Of a stretch of 64,000 nucleotides of DNA, positions 36,211-47,610 are shown in pieces. How positions within the stretch are numbered: position 1 is the stretch's first letter; every line of letters starts with the position of its first letter. The DNA is from Azolla caroliniana. Its lineage: Eukaryota; Plantae; Polypodiophyta. The stretch is taken from contig JBHGNT010000010.1 in NCBI GenBank assembly GCA_043228905.1, forward strand, positions 5,952,001 to 6,016,000, written 5' to 3'. The notes under the pieces were generated by a model, which searched no databases, was not told where the DNA came from, and saw nothing but the letters and a program-made list of their open reading frames with translations. The translations under genes were made by a program, and so were the position numbers.

Positions 36211-38106
36211 AAATTCTGCCTTTTGTTTGCCATTATGTAACATGCATACCAATATGAGGAGAATCCACCTTGAAGATGAATCAAAAGAGATGATTATAAA
36301 TACAATGGAAAGGAGAGCCCTACCTCCACAATAAAATTTGTGACATTCAACTTGATATGTAAGTTGATGCATGACTATCATACATATACACGTAATTGTA
36401 AGGCCATTTAGTGGGAGAGCTGTTTTTGGGGTCATGGTACAGGATCAGAATATATTCAAGGTTGAATGGTACTGGCAGCTCACTTCTCTCGAGATTTTCT
36501 CGTGACAAGAAAGGACATTTTTCACTGTCCGGCAAATGCAGTGATTGAATAATATAAAGGCACTATTTAACACTTGTAATATTTACTTCAGGTTGTGATC
36601 TCTACAGAACTGGTCTCTAATAAATATATAAAGTTTGTTCATAAAACCCTGCGACATACACTGCCGAATTGCTCTACCTGTCAAATTTTATCTGTGATCA
36701 TGTTGTCATTAACAGATATATGTACTTAATTTTCTATGCACACCTGTCTGGTAATGTTTGTAAATTTGGTCTAAAACTTCCATGCGTACCAATGATATTA
36801 ATACTTTTGTCTGTCTTTGTGATCACTTTGCCATTAACAGAAAGATATCTATTTATTTGCATATACTGGGGTCTCTCTGTTGTAATGTTTGTTAAGTCTG
36901 GTATAGAGCTTCAACATATAGCAATGATGTAAATGTTTGTCTGTGTCTTTGTTTGTGCTTGTGCCTGTCTTTTGTCTGTGATATTCACATATGATATGGT
37001 CTATTAGCAATTTCGAACAGTTAATGCAGATAATTACATATTTTATATTCAGTATTAGGTGCTGAGGTGGATTAATAGCTAACAAAATATTGGGATATTA
37101 TGTAGGGTTTAGCTGGTTTTCACATTCTGCTGTATTGTTTTGGTGCAGGTAGACTTGAAATTGAAGCAAAAGTTATATGCAAAATAAAATCAAGTGCTAC
37201 TATTATTTGTAAGCATTGACACTAGTGAGAGAGATTGCATGTTTTGTTCTAGAAATAATAATATAATGTTATCTTATTGCTAGAAACTAGGCCATGATTA
37301 GAACTTGTACATGAGATACTGCTCTTTCACGTAATAAAAAACTTCATGAAAAATAGGCCAAAGATGATCTCTTGAATGATGGGGAGGTCTGTATGTGAAA
37401 AAGTAGGAAATAAAAAAATTACCAATTGCATGCAGATTTTAAGTTCAAGGTAAGGTATATTGGAAGGTGCGAGTATGCTAGTCATATTACGATATTAACA
37501 ACATTTATGACATTAACATTTTTGGTTCCAAATGTGATTGCTAGGGACACGAAAAGTATCGTCTTGCCAGCGTTCATGGAAATGTAAGAAATGTGGAATG
37601 CTGTTCCAATGTTCCTGAAAAAACCATATTACTAATGTGGCCCATTAGTGTTTCCTTACATTATATATGCACTGCTATCCTAAGATACATGTCTCCTAAT
37701 GCACTCTCCCTGTGTAGAAAATGTTTTGATCTACAGAGTTCGCAAGGTATTTCTTGTTCATGAAATGGAAATGCAAATTATAAAGGAGTCATGGAGTACT
37801 TGGAACACACCAACATTCCACTGAAAGAGAGAACAGTGCAAGATATTCAAAGCACAATTGCCACATAGAGAAGTAGACTGCAAGCTTATCTTCCTTCAGT
37901 GCTGCATTTCAATTGTGACCTCCTATAAACCTTGAATGGATGTCTTCAATTGCGGAATACAGCTGGTATTCTGTGTTGGACACCAATGGAAATATGGGTA
38001 TTCCGTGCATCATAGATTTACATGATTTAATACAAGTCATAGAGCATACCTCCATGCCTAGCACATATTGCCTTGATTAGAAAGGTCAAGGTTGTAAGGT
38101 GACCAA

Positions 38107-40080
38107 TTACCAATAATCACCACATGAACATACTCCATCTTCAATATGATGGAATCGATGAGCATCTCTCACAACTATCTTCCGGGATGTAAGCTTGGAA
38201 ATGAATTTGGTGGCTGAATGACAATCAGGGCAAGCTCTTAAATTCTTTGTGATAACTAGAGTTGTTCTAGGAGTAGTACTCACGAGCCCAAAAGCAATAG
38301 CAAGCATTTCACTGTGGTTGCTATGGCCGTGTTCCTTCTCTTCAAAGCAAGAACCAGAAATGCTACTCTTTGGACTATGGCCAGCAAGCAACATTTCTGA
38401 AGATAACTCCCTCAAAGCTGCATATATTTCATCTTTCCGTGGATGAGATGAATCATCCACCATAAATTCATGCACGATGCCATTCACTTCTATTGAGCTG
38501 ATACCTGGGGGTTTTCTCAAACCCTTCTCTTTCATGGTGTTAAGGACCCTCATTGCATCATCAAGCCTTCCAGCAGAATAATATATGTTTGAAAGCATTA
38601 CATATGGAGCAGGGTCATGAGGATCCAATCTGAATGCTCTCTCTGCTGCCCTTTCTCCTCTTTCCACATCCACGAGATGCTTACAAGCACTCAGTAGAGT
38701 CATCCATGATACAAATGTGGGTTCTATTGGCATTTCTCTCAGCAAGTCTTCGGCATCTGCCAGTTTCCCAACTCTTCCTAACAAGTCAAGCATACAATTG
38801 TAATGATCCACAATGGGCGTGATTTGATGGTTATGATTCATCGATAGCCACCACTTACAACCTTCTTTCACAAACCCACCATGGCTGCATGCCGAGAGGA
38901 CACTCACAAATGTGACTTCATCAGGGGGGATCTTCTCCTTTTGCATCTCATCAAATAGCTCGAGGGCTGCTTTTGGCTGCCCATGTTGAGCATATACTGC
39001 TATCATGGTGGTCCATGAAACCACGTCTCTCCTTCCTTCCATCCTATCAAACATGCATTTTGAGGCCTCGAGGCTACCACATTTCCCGTACATATCAATC
39101 AAAGCATTCTCTACTGCGGAATTCGTTTCATACCCACTATCTGCGATGAAAAGATGTATTCTCTTCCCTATGGTAAGGGCAGCTTGCTTGCTACAAGCAG
39201 GAAGGATGCTAACAAAAGTGACCTCGTTTGGCTTGATACCTTTTTCTATCATTCCTTCAAAGAGTTGAAGGGTATGCTTGCCATCACCACGGTTACCATA
39301 TGCAGCAATGATGGCGGTCCAAGACAAGGTATCTCGTTCAGGCATTCTATCAAATACTTTACGAGCAGCAACCAAGCTACCGCATTTTTCATACATATTG
39401 ACAAGGGCATTCCCAACAGAGACATCATTTTCAACACTAGTTTCAACAACTCGGGCATGGATCCGTTTTCCGACGGCAGGGATGGCAGAGCTAGCACAAG
39501 CAGAAACAAGACTCGCAAAGATATAAGGGTTGGGCAGCTCACCTTCACATTGCATCTGATCGAATAAGAAGATGGCATGGAGTCGGCGGCCCAGGCGGAC
39601 ATTTGATGAGATTACAAAGTTCCATGCGAAGGGATCCTTAATTTCGAGACGGAGGAAAGAATCATGTGCCTCTGCCATAGCTGAATAGCTTCCATACATC
39701 TGAATGAGGAGGTTACCAAGGAAATGGTTTCTTTCGAGACAGTCTCGGATGATTTTGTCATGAATTTGTTGGCCATCTGACACTCGGACACAATTTCGGA
39801 GAAGAGAGGCAAGAACCGAAGAAGAAGAAGTGCCAGAGCCTCTTGTTCTTCTGTAATGATTCTGTTCTTCTATTCCTTTGGTCTTCTCCTGCCCTGATGA
39901 TGATACTGGAGCTGGAGTTTGGTCACGGTTCTTTGTTAACAGACGGCGGTACAGAGAGACGTCGTTGCGCTTCTGTTTGACGTTGTCCGAGACGCGCTTT
40001 AAAGAAGAGATGGACCTCTTCTTCACAAACCCTAACCCTAACCCTAACCCTAACCCTAGAGCTCTTCTTCGGAGGTGCAT
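38107..40080 (-). CDS. PLS-class PPR protein with E/E+ and DYW deaminase domain (organellar RNA editing factor), 657 aa, intronless
   Basis: PPR motifs (NALVNMYEKCGSL, VSWTTMIAVYAQHG), PG box PPGISSIEV, HSE and CPDC zinc ligands, terminal CSCGDYW. Confidence 0.95.
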   Translation of the reverse strand: MHLRRRALGLGLGLGLGFVKKRSISSLKRVSDNVKQKRNDVSLYRRLLTKNRDQTPAPVSSSGQEKTKGIEEQNHYRRTRGSGTSSSSVLASLLRNCVRVSDGQQIHDKIIRDCLERNHFLGNLLIQMYGSYSAMAEAHDSFLRLEIKDPFAWNFVISSNVRLGRRLHAIFLFDQMQCEGELPNPYIFASLVSACASSAIPAVGKRIHARVVETSVENDVSVGNALVNMYEKCGSLVAARKVFDRMPERDTLSWTAIIAAYGNRGDGKHTLQLFEGMIEKGIKPNEVTFVSILPACSKQAALTIGKRIHLFIADSGYETNSAVENALIDMYGKCGSLEASKCMFDRMEGRRDVVSWTTMIAVYAQHGQPKAALELFDEMQKEKIPPDEVTFVSVLSACSHGGFVKEGCKWWLSMNHNHQITPIVDHYNCMLDLLGRVGKLADAEDLLREMPIEPTFVSWMTLLSACKHLVDVERGERAAERAFRLDPHDPAPYVMLSNIYYSAGRLDDAMRVLNTMKEKGLRKPPGISSIEVNGIVHEFMVDDSSHPRKDEIYAALRELSSEMLLAGHSPKSSISGSCFEEKEHGHSNHSEMLAIAFGLVSTTPRTTLVITKNLRACPDCHSATKFISKLTSRKIVVRDAHRFHHIEDGVCSCGDYW

Positions 40081-40136
40081 ACCATCCTCCTACTCTGTTC
40101 TCTCCACCCTCTGTGCTAGGCTTTATACCATCACAA

Positions 40137-40631
40137 TAGTACGTACCATACGCGCATTCGCATTCGCGAATGTTTCAAAGAATGATAAATACTATACTTT
40201 TGGATTAACTATTTATTATGAGGTAAACAAGCCAGAAAAATGGAAAAAAACATTAAAAAATGGGAAGTAAAAAAAAACAAGAATGTTTTAATAACATTCG
40301 CATTCGTTTTCAACGTAGGAAAACAAATGTTATGTTAGACGAACACGAATTTTATGTTCTATGATCACAACCATAGAATGAACCATACGTATCATACGCG
40401 CATTAGCATTCGCGTGTGATTCAATAAAACGTGAATGGTAAATCGACTAAAAGTTGGATTGGTTTGACACGTTTGATTGGATTAACTATGGTCTATATTA
40501 TGGGCTAAAATTGCAATGAAAACAAATGAAAAAAAGAGAAAAAAAAAAAGGAGCACGTATTTTTCCCCTTTCAAACGTGTACATTTTCAAACGTTTGAAT
40601 GCCTCCACGAACACGAATATTACGCTCTATG
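40137..40631. mobile_element. Two tandem hAT-type MITEs (~40137-40363 and 40372-40631)
   Basis: CATAG...CTATG termini; ATCACAAC at 40364-40371 and 40632-40639, partial ATCACAA at 40130-40136; shared internal CATACGCGCATT and GAACACGAAT motifs. Confidence 0.75.
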
Positions 40632-41292
40632 ATCACAACAATCTCTTTCCCTTACCATTAAGGCAATGCTTAATTAAGGATTAATCACCCAATATTAAGG
40701 ACACATTGTTGGTTAATTAAGGATTAGTTACCCACAACTGAAACACTTGTTTGTTAACTACAGACTACTTTACCCACGATTGAAACGTAATATACAATTC
40801 TCCCTTCATTCGATATACGAAGATATTTTCTACGTGTCACGGAAGTGTCGTGTGAATTCAATTGTGCCCTCAATTAACATCTCTCTCCGCAAAACCCTTT
40901 GACGCAGTCCCTAGAGATTAGTTGTTTGATGGGCTTAAAAGCTTGGAGATACCATATGACATTATTTGGGCCATTTATGCTTTATATGAGCAAGTGTTTG
41001 GGTGTGTACGATGTTGGGACAACCTATCCAATTGCGCCACTAGCACCATTGGTGTAAACACAAGGTTGGCCTCTATCACTGACTCCTTCTGGGATCTACG
41101 TTGATGAGATCACTGATTTTATTATTGCTCTTACAAGAGGCAACAGAGTGGTTTGAGGGGGTACGCAAGTCAATCGCTTGCTCTAAGTAGGCGACATAGT
41201 TTTACTCTGTGAGCCAGAACACGACCTACAAAGGCTTCTTAATGCCTTCAATGACTTTTGCATGCAAAGAGAATTGGTTGTGAATCTAGAGA

Positions 41293-41666
41293 TGTTGAGA
41301 ATCAAACACAACTTAGTATAGTGTGGGAACACACCCTAAGAATATGTGAAGTGTGTGAAGATACCACCACTATGTAACATAACTAATGTGTCATAGAACT
41401 TACATATTATAATAGTGACAGTTATTGAGGTAGTTAAGGTTTCCCCCCTTTCCCGAGAGGTAGTTTTTAGTAAGAGAATGTAGAGAGAAGGTGACCATAT
41501 AAGCACCTTCTCCTCTCCTTTGTAACTAGTTAGTTGGTTATCTTTCTTGTGAATGTATTGTTTTCCGTTTTTTGTCTCTCTCTTGTATACTCTCTTCTCT
41601 GATACACACACACACATACGTTTGATTCATTTATGTTGCACATAATCACATAGTTGATTATTTACA
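41293..41666 (+). mobile_element. Solo LTR
   Basis: TGTTGAGAATC...TTTACA with a perfect TSD AGAGA; homologous to 12860-13315. Confidence 0.85.
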
Positions 41667-41807
41667 AGAGAAAATTAAAGTACTTATCTTCCACACAAGT
41701 GCTCAAGTTAGGACTAAATGTCACCTAACACTCTCTCATAGACCAGTTTGAGGTAGTTGGATCATATGTTTATTGGAGTCACTTTTAGTGCGCGCTCATG
41801 TAAATTT

Positions 41808-42202
41808 TGTTACGAAGGCGCGACGGCTCTTCTGTGTGCACAACGGAACGTGATGTGCTAGATCATTTAGTGCTCAAGACAGAAAGGGGAAAGGGAAGGA
41901 GACTTACCTCTGCACAGTCTAAGAGCTTCTATTGCATTACACGCAGAGCTCAACTCGCTCTCATCTGTTTTCTATTCTTATAACTACTCTCACTCTTACC
42001 TTACTACACTTACTTTTTACCTAAGTACATAAGTGACTTACATATGCAGCTAATTAGCTGCCTGTAGCTAAATAGTTGTGCATAGCTAAATAGTTGTTTC
42101 ACCTTTATGTCCACTAGTAGCTAATTAGCTAATTAGCTAATAGCTAATATAGCTTATTTCTCAATAAGCATCACATACCTTTGTTGAGCTTGCTTCTCAA
42201 CA
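41808..42202. mobile_element. Solo LTR
   Basis: TGTTACG...CTCAACA flanked by AAATT/AATTT duplication; internal TAGCTAAT repeats. Confidence 0.65.
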
Positions 42203-43834
42203 AAATTTCAATGACACAAGTAGCCAAAGATAGACTAATAAGAGGATATGCATCCCTCTCACCCTTTGAGAGACAATGCCACCAAACATACTTTCAAGCA
42301 CCACAAACTAAGGGGTGCCTATTTGACTCATTCGTGGTCCCTTCTCTCATGTATGCGTCATGTGGGTGCAATTAGAGAGACCACTGGTGATGATGTTATC
42401 ACATCAACTTCGAAGCAAATTGACAGTGCCATGGGACATCATTAGAGCAGAGTTCACTTTACCTCCCCGATGCTAGTAGAAGCAATTTTTGAACTTATTG
42501 ATTTTATTAATAGGATACATAGCCAATCACAAGATAGGACATCTCGTCAAACTTTCGAGGCAACTAGATCACTCTACGAGTCCGACGATACTAGCTCTTG
42601 GTATGGCACTATGGTATGTTGGCTTTTTGCAAATAGCCTAGACATTAATAACCTAGCTCCTCTTATGTACAACCATGAGACCGATAAAACTTTGATCTCT
42701 CATGAGGACCATAATAAAGTAATATACCAAGAAATATGGCAAATTTACACTTAGCATAAAATGAATCAACCCGCGACATCCACTCCAATCTAAAATGTAG
42801 ATTATGTCACATAGAGATAGAGGATGAGTATTACTTTACATGCAAGTGTCCAACTTAAGTCAGGATAAGGGCAAAATACCAAGACATACTTGGACCATCT
42901 CCAGTTTCTGGGGAATGCTAATACTTGTGACTCAAGTGTGCCGGTGAAAGGTCCTGGGGTGAGGGTTTATCCTAATTTCTCCGGTGCCCCTCTCCACACT
43001 CCCCATGACTCTGTTTTTTTGAACACTCCATATTCGAACCCATATTTCTTGTTGATGTGCTTTCTCATGTGCAAAACTGTGTGATTCGTGTGTGCTTTTT
43101 GTAGATTGTTTGTTTCCCTTCGTTAAGGAAAATGAAATTATGCAAAACTGTGTAATCCATTTGCTTTGTTGATTGTTTGTTCCCCCTTGTGAAGGAAATG
43201 AAATAGCTTTGTTGATTCATCACTCAAGCTTCGAAGGTTAGATTCCTTTCCTTTAGGGCTTTATTTATTTTTTAACTTGTTTTTTTCTTTCCATTTTCAT
43301 TTTTATTGCAATTGTTTTACTGTATTTGAAGAAGGAAGGCGAACTATGGTTCTATGTACTTCTGTGTTTTTATTATCTGTAAAATAAAATTTGTAGAAGT
43401 TATTTTGTTAAGCTATGGTTTTCGTTTTATATATTTACTGTACGATCTTCTTTTTTCTTTCTCTTTTTGGAAGGCGCAACATCCATTCATTTGTATAAAT
43501 GCTTCAATTTTGCATAATGGCGGTGAATCTACGAATTGTCAATGTATGATTGTTTCTGTACATTCTCGATTTTAATAAATATTTTCTGTGTGGGATCAAC
43601 TAATCATACTGAATTTCAATTTGTGGAATTTTGTCACATGGAACAAATCAATAACAATTGCAAAGTCGAGAGATCTTAGTGAAATGTCTGTAAATAAAAG
43701 GTCATAAGACGCTAAACATAGATAGCTTTACCATAAAAATATACCAAATAAGGTTGAACAAATGAATTTGCTAAAGCATTGTTGTGGGCATGGCAGTGTA
43801 AAGCACACAACATATTCTATTCTATTTTGATCCA

Positions 43835-45914
43835 ATGGATCGATTGCTACGCAAGTTCTCAAGCAAGTATAAGAGAGCACAAGAAGAGGTCAATAAATGG
43901 GGTGAAATGCAATCACAGTTTCTTGCTCTTCTTGGGAACGCGATTGCAATTTTAGAGAGGTTTCCGGTAATCTATCTCTTAAACTTTGGAGTCTTATCTT
44001 TTTGAGTGTCTTGAATTCTTTCAATGTTGGGATTTACATTTAATGGAACCGATCATCAGGTAATATCATGCATGGTGTCCATCTGTTTATATCCTTGTAA
44101 CGATGGAGATTCTTATGAATTTCATAGATTTTAAGCAACAAGATCTCTGTCTGTATGAGGTAAAAGCTTAGTTTTGTCTTAGAAACTGTGGAAACGAGCA
44201 AATAATTTATAGTATGGTTATTGGTAGAATGTCAGGTTGCCGACAAAAGGATACATATGTTGAATGTGATTTTACACCAAACTTGCATGATTTTTGTTGT
44301 ATAGAATCCAACTTCTTGATGCCTCTTAATTAGGCCATGTAGTTTAATGTGGTCTATCAGTACCATATAGCACCATGAATCATATTGACTTAATTACTTA
44401 TAACAGACAAGCACCTCTCATGAACACAACAGAGGAAACTCTAATGCAGTCAACTTTAACAACTTTATTGACTAGAAGAGATTGATACAAATTCAGAGAA
44501 TCCAGAACTAAAACAGGTAAACCCAACTCCTGATGCTTAGAGCCAAAGTTCCTGTAGCTTTCTTTGTCCGCTATCTCAATTATTTGCAACAGATGTTGCA
44601 TACAATACTATTTCTACTTCCCTGAGAATTAGACGACACTGATTTTGAAGGATTTTTTTTACGTATAGAAAATAATTCAAAAGAAAAATTCTGTATACTT
44701 TCATCTCACGACAAAGTAAATGATATATTGCAATTTTCAGGTTATCATGGACATTGAAAACTATGGAGTGCTTAAAGAAGTGGATGGAATAGAGAGAGCA
44801 TTGCCAGGAAAGCAAGTTGAGACATTAGAGAATATTTTTGTTGGTTTGTACGAAAAATTGTAAGAAGATATATCTCCTCTTGTAAAACTCTTTTTCATTT
44901 GATATAAATTAGTAATGATTCTTTGTGGCTGTATTTTCAGAGACGATTTCCAAAGAGTAAAAGATGCTCTGGAGAGATTGTGGCGTGAATCCTCACAGAT
45001 CTTGAAAGCTGAAAAGCTTGAACCCACTTCAAATCAAGCTCAGAAACGCTTTGGCCTTGGCCCAAGTCTTAATGAATGTGTTCGTGGATTAGAAGATCTG
45101 TTTATCATGCATAGAGATGAGTAAGTGATTTCAATATGGTCATTCTGATGTTCTTTTGCATTTATTATTTTCTATAGAAAATTATTTGGACCCTCTCCTA
45201 CTTTACAGGTATGAATTGAAGGTTTCTGGTGTCAAGACTGTTTCCTATAATTCAAGGTATCGATCATGTTTCCTTCTTGTTAATGTCCCATTTGTCTTCA
45301 TAGAACCACAGATTCATGACATCTTTCAAGAGACAATATCAGTTTAATGCCTTCAATCAATGAGTGTTGGTTGAAGTATATAAAGGATAAGCTGATTAAC
45401 AATTGGCTAAGAAGCTAAGTTATGTAAACTATGTGATATGCTGGATGTAAAATTTCTGTCCTATGTGAGAAATGACATTCCTTAACCAACATATACAAGG
45501 GAATCCTGTTTTGCTATGTCTTATGCTTGGGAAATATGAACAATGGCACAAAAGTTGGTTTAGAATTCTTCAAATTACTCATGTGTATGCAAAAAATAAG
45601 AATCAGTGTATAAAGTCTAGTGTTTTATAATCTTTTCGGAATATTTAGTCATAGGCTTTAAGTATATAGGTTTAATTGGTAAAGTGTTATAAAGCCCTTT
45701 TTTTCATGTGAATATGATGCAGTCTTGCTGATATGGGAGCTTTACAGCACCTCCTTTCAGATCAACCAAACATTCCTCATGATGAAGGTTGAGTATCTTA
45801 CAACAAAAAACTGAAGTATTTACACTATTCTTTTCATACTTAAAACACAAACTCTGTTGCTTGTCAGTCACCTTCATCTTTGAATTCTTTTATGCTGGAT
45901 ATGCAACAACTTGA
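43835..45914 (+). CDS. At5g43822-like / C1orf109 (AIRIM, CK2S/CA109-family)-like protein, 6 exons, 196 aa
   Basis: Exons 43835-43966, 44741-44859, 44941-45120, 45209-45256, 45723-45787, 45868-45914 splice in phase (591 nt): MDRLLRKFSSKYKRAQEEVNKW...GPSLNECVRGLEDL...LSDQPNIPHDEV. Family recognised from memory. Confidence 0.82.
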
Positions 45915-46819
45915 TCCATGAAGCTGCTATTTCAGAACAGTTTATGCAGACACCACGAAACATTCACCTGGACTGTGCTAAGCGAGTGTTACGCTATGTA
46001 AGTGGGGTTGGGTTAGACGACTGGTTTTGCCAGCTTGTTATCATAATCCGTATAAACTAGCTTACACGATGGAAGCTGGAGATATAATCTGTCACATTTT
46101 GCTTCCAAAATAGAAATTAAGGCATTCTCTCTAGAATGTTTTTGTATAAACGCACACAATCTTCAGTCTGATGATTGTGTATGTTGTCTTCTTCCATCAA
46201 TGCAACATTGTGCTCTATTTCCAAAAACAGAGTCATGTAAATGGGTATTGAACTCATCATGTTTGTATAATAGATGAAGATACAAAGAATTTCAGCTTGT
46301 AATATCGAACTTGTTTTTTGTGACATTTGAGGTTTGGATTTTGTGGGCATTTGTTTTCTTGGCACAGAGGTAAAGGATATGCCAAAAAGCATAATGACAT
46401 TCTTGTTTGGTTCACATCAAGTTTTTAACATAATTAGAGAGTGGACTTCAGGAAATCACAGAGTGGGTCTCCAAGGAGGAAAGGAGGAGGGAACTTTTGA
46501 TAAATAACTTCACAAACTTGTAATTATGAAAGCAGAAAATCATGCTAATCAATGGTTTCAATTAATTATTGTCTATATATGTCAAATACAAAGTTCCAAG
46601 TTGGGTACCTTGGTTTTGATGTGATCCTTAATTTTGCATAACCCTAAACCCATATGCTTTGTATGGAAATAATCTATACAAATCAGAAGTGAATTGTTGA
46701 TTCCGAATATTCCATAATGGGGCCCATGCAGGAAAAAAAGGGAGTTGCCAAAGAGCCAAAATTACTTAATGTTTTTCGATGAATGAATAAGGGAGCTGAC
46801 AAGTAAACAATTGTAGACA

Positions 46820-47500
46820 AACATTACACACACACATACATACATGCATACACACCAACAAATGTGCACACATGCATGCATACATACACACACACACACA
46901 CACGCACACGCACAAACATACATATGTATGTCGTACACACATACACACATAGATGGATACATACACCTACAAATGCGCACACATGCATGCATGCATGCAT
47001 ACCACAACTTTACTTTTTCCTTCGTGTCTCGTACACACACACGGATGCACATACACATACACATGCACACGCACACACATGCACACACATACACACACAT
47101 ACATATATACACACACACAGACACGTACATACATACGCACACACATGCACATAATTATACACACACACACACACATACATACACAAACACAAATATTCAT
47201 ACATACACACACACACAAATATTCATACATACATACATACACACACGCGCACGCGCGCGCACACACACACACACAAATATTCATATACATACATACAAAC
47301 ATACACACACACACACACACACACAAATATTCATACATACATGCACACACAGACACACAAACATACGTACATACAATATACATACACACACATAGAAAAA
47401 TACATACAAATAACTATGAACATAGACATAACATGCATACATGCATACATATATAAGTATTACATAGAAAACAGGCACATTATACATACATACCCTAAGA
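46820..47500. repeat. Compound (CA)/(CATA) microsatellite
   Basis: About 680 bp of alternating purine-pyrimidine repeats; explains the His/Thr- and Cys/Val-rich ORFs. Confidence 0.92.
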
Positions 47501-47569
47501 GAGCCTCTGTCTCAATACATAATAACAAAGAAAACAGAAATTATACGAAGTACATACATACTCTGTATC

Positions 47570-47606
<37 letters not shown>

Positions 47607-47610
<4 letters not shown>

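Larger units (their letters stand above)
40900..42800 (+). mobile_element. Decayed RTE-like LINE reverse transcriptase, split by two solo LTRs
   Basis: Degenerate STIGV-(K)QG-(C)PLS, (Y)xDDIV and DLQRLLNAFNDFC..ELVVNLEK motifs in broken frames. Confidence 0.7.
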
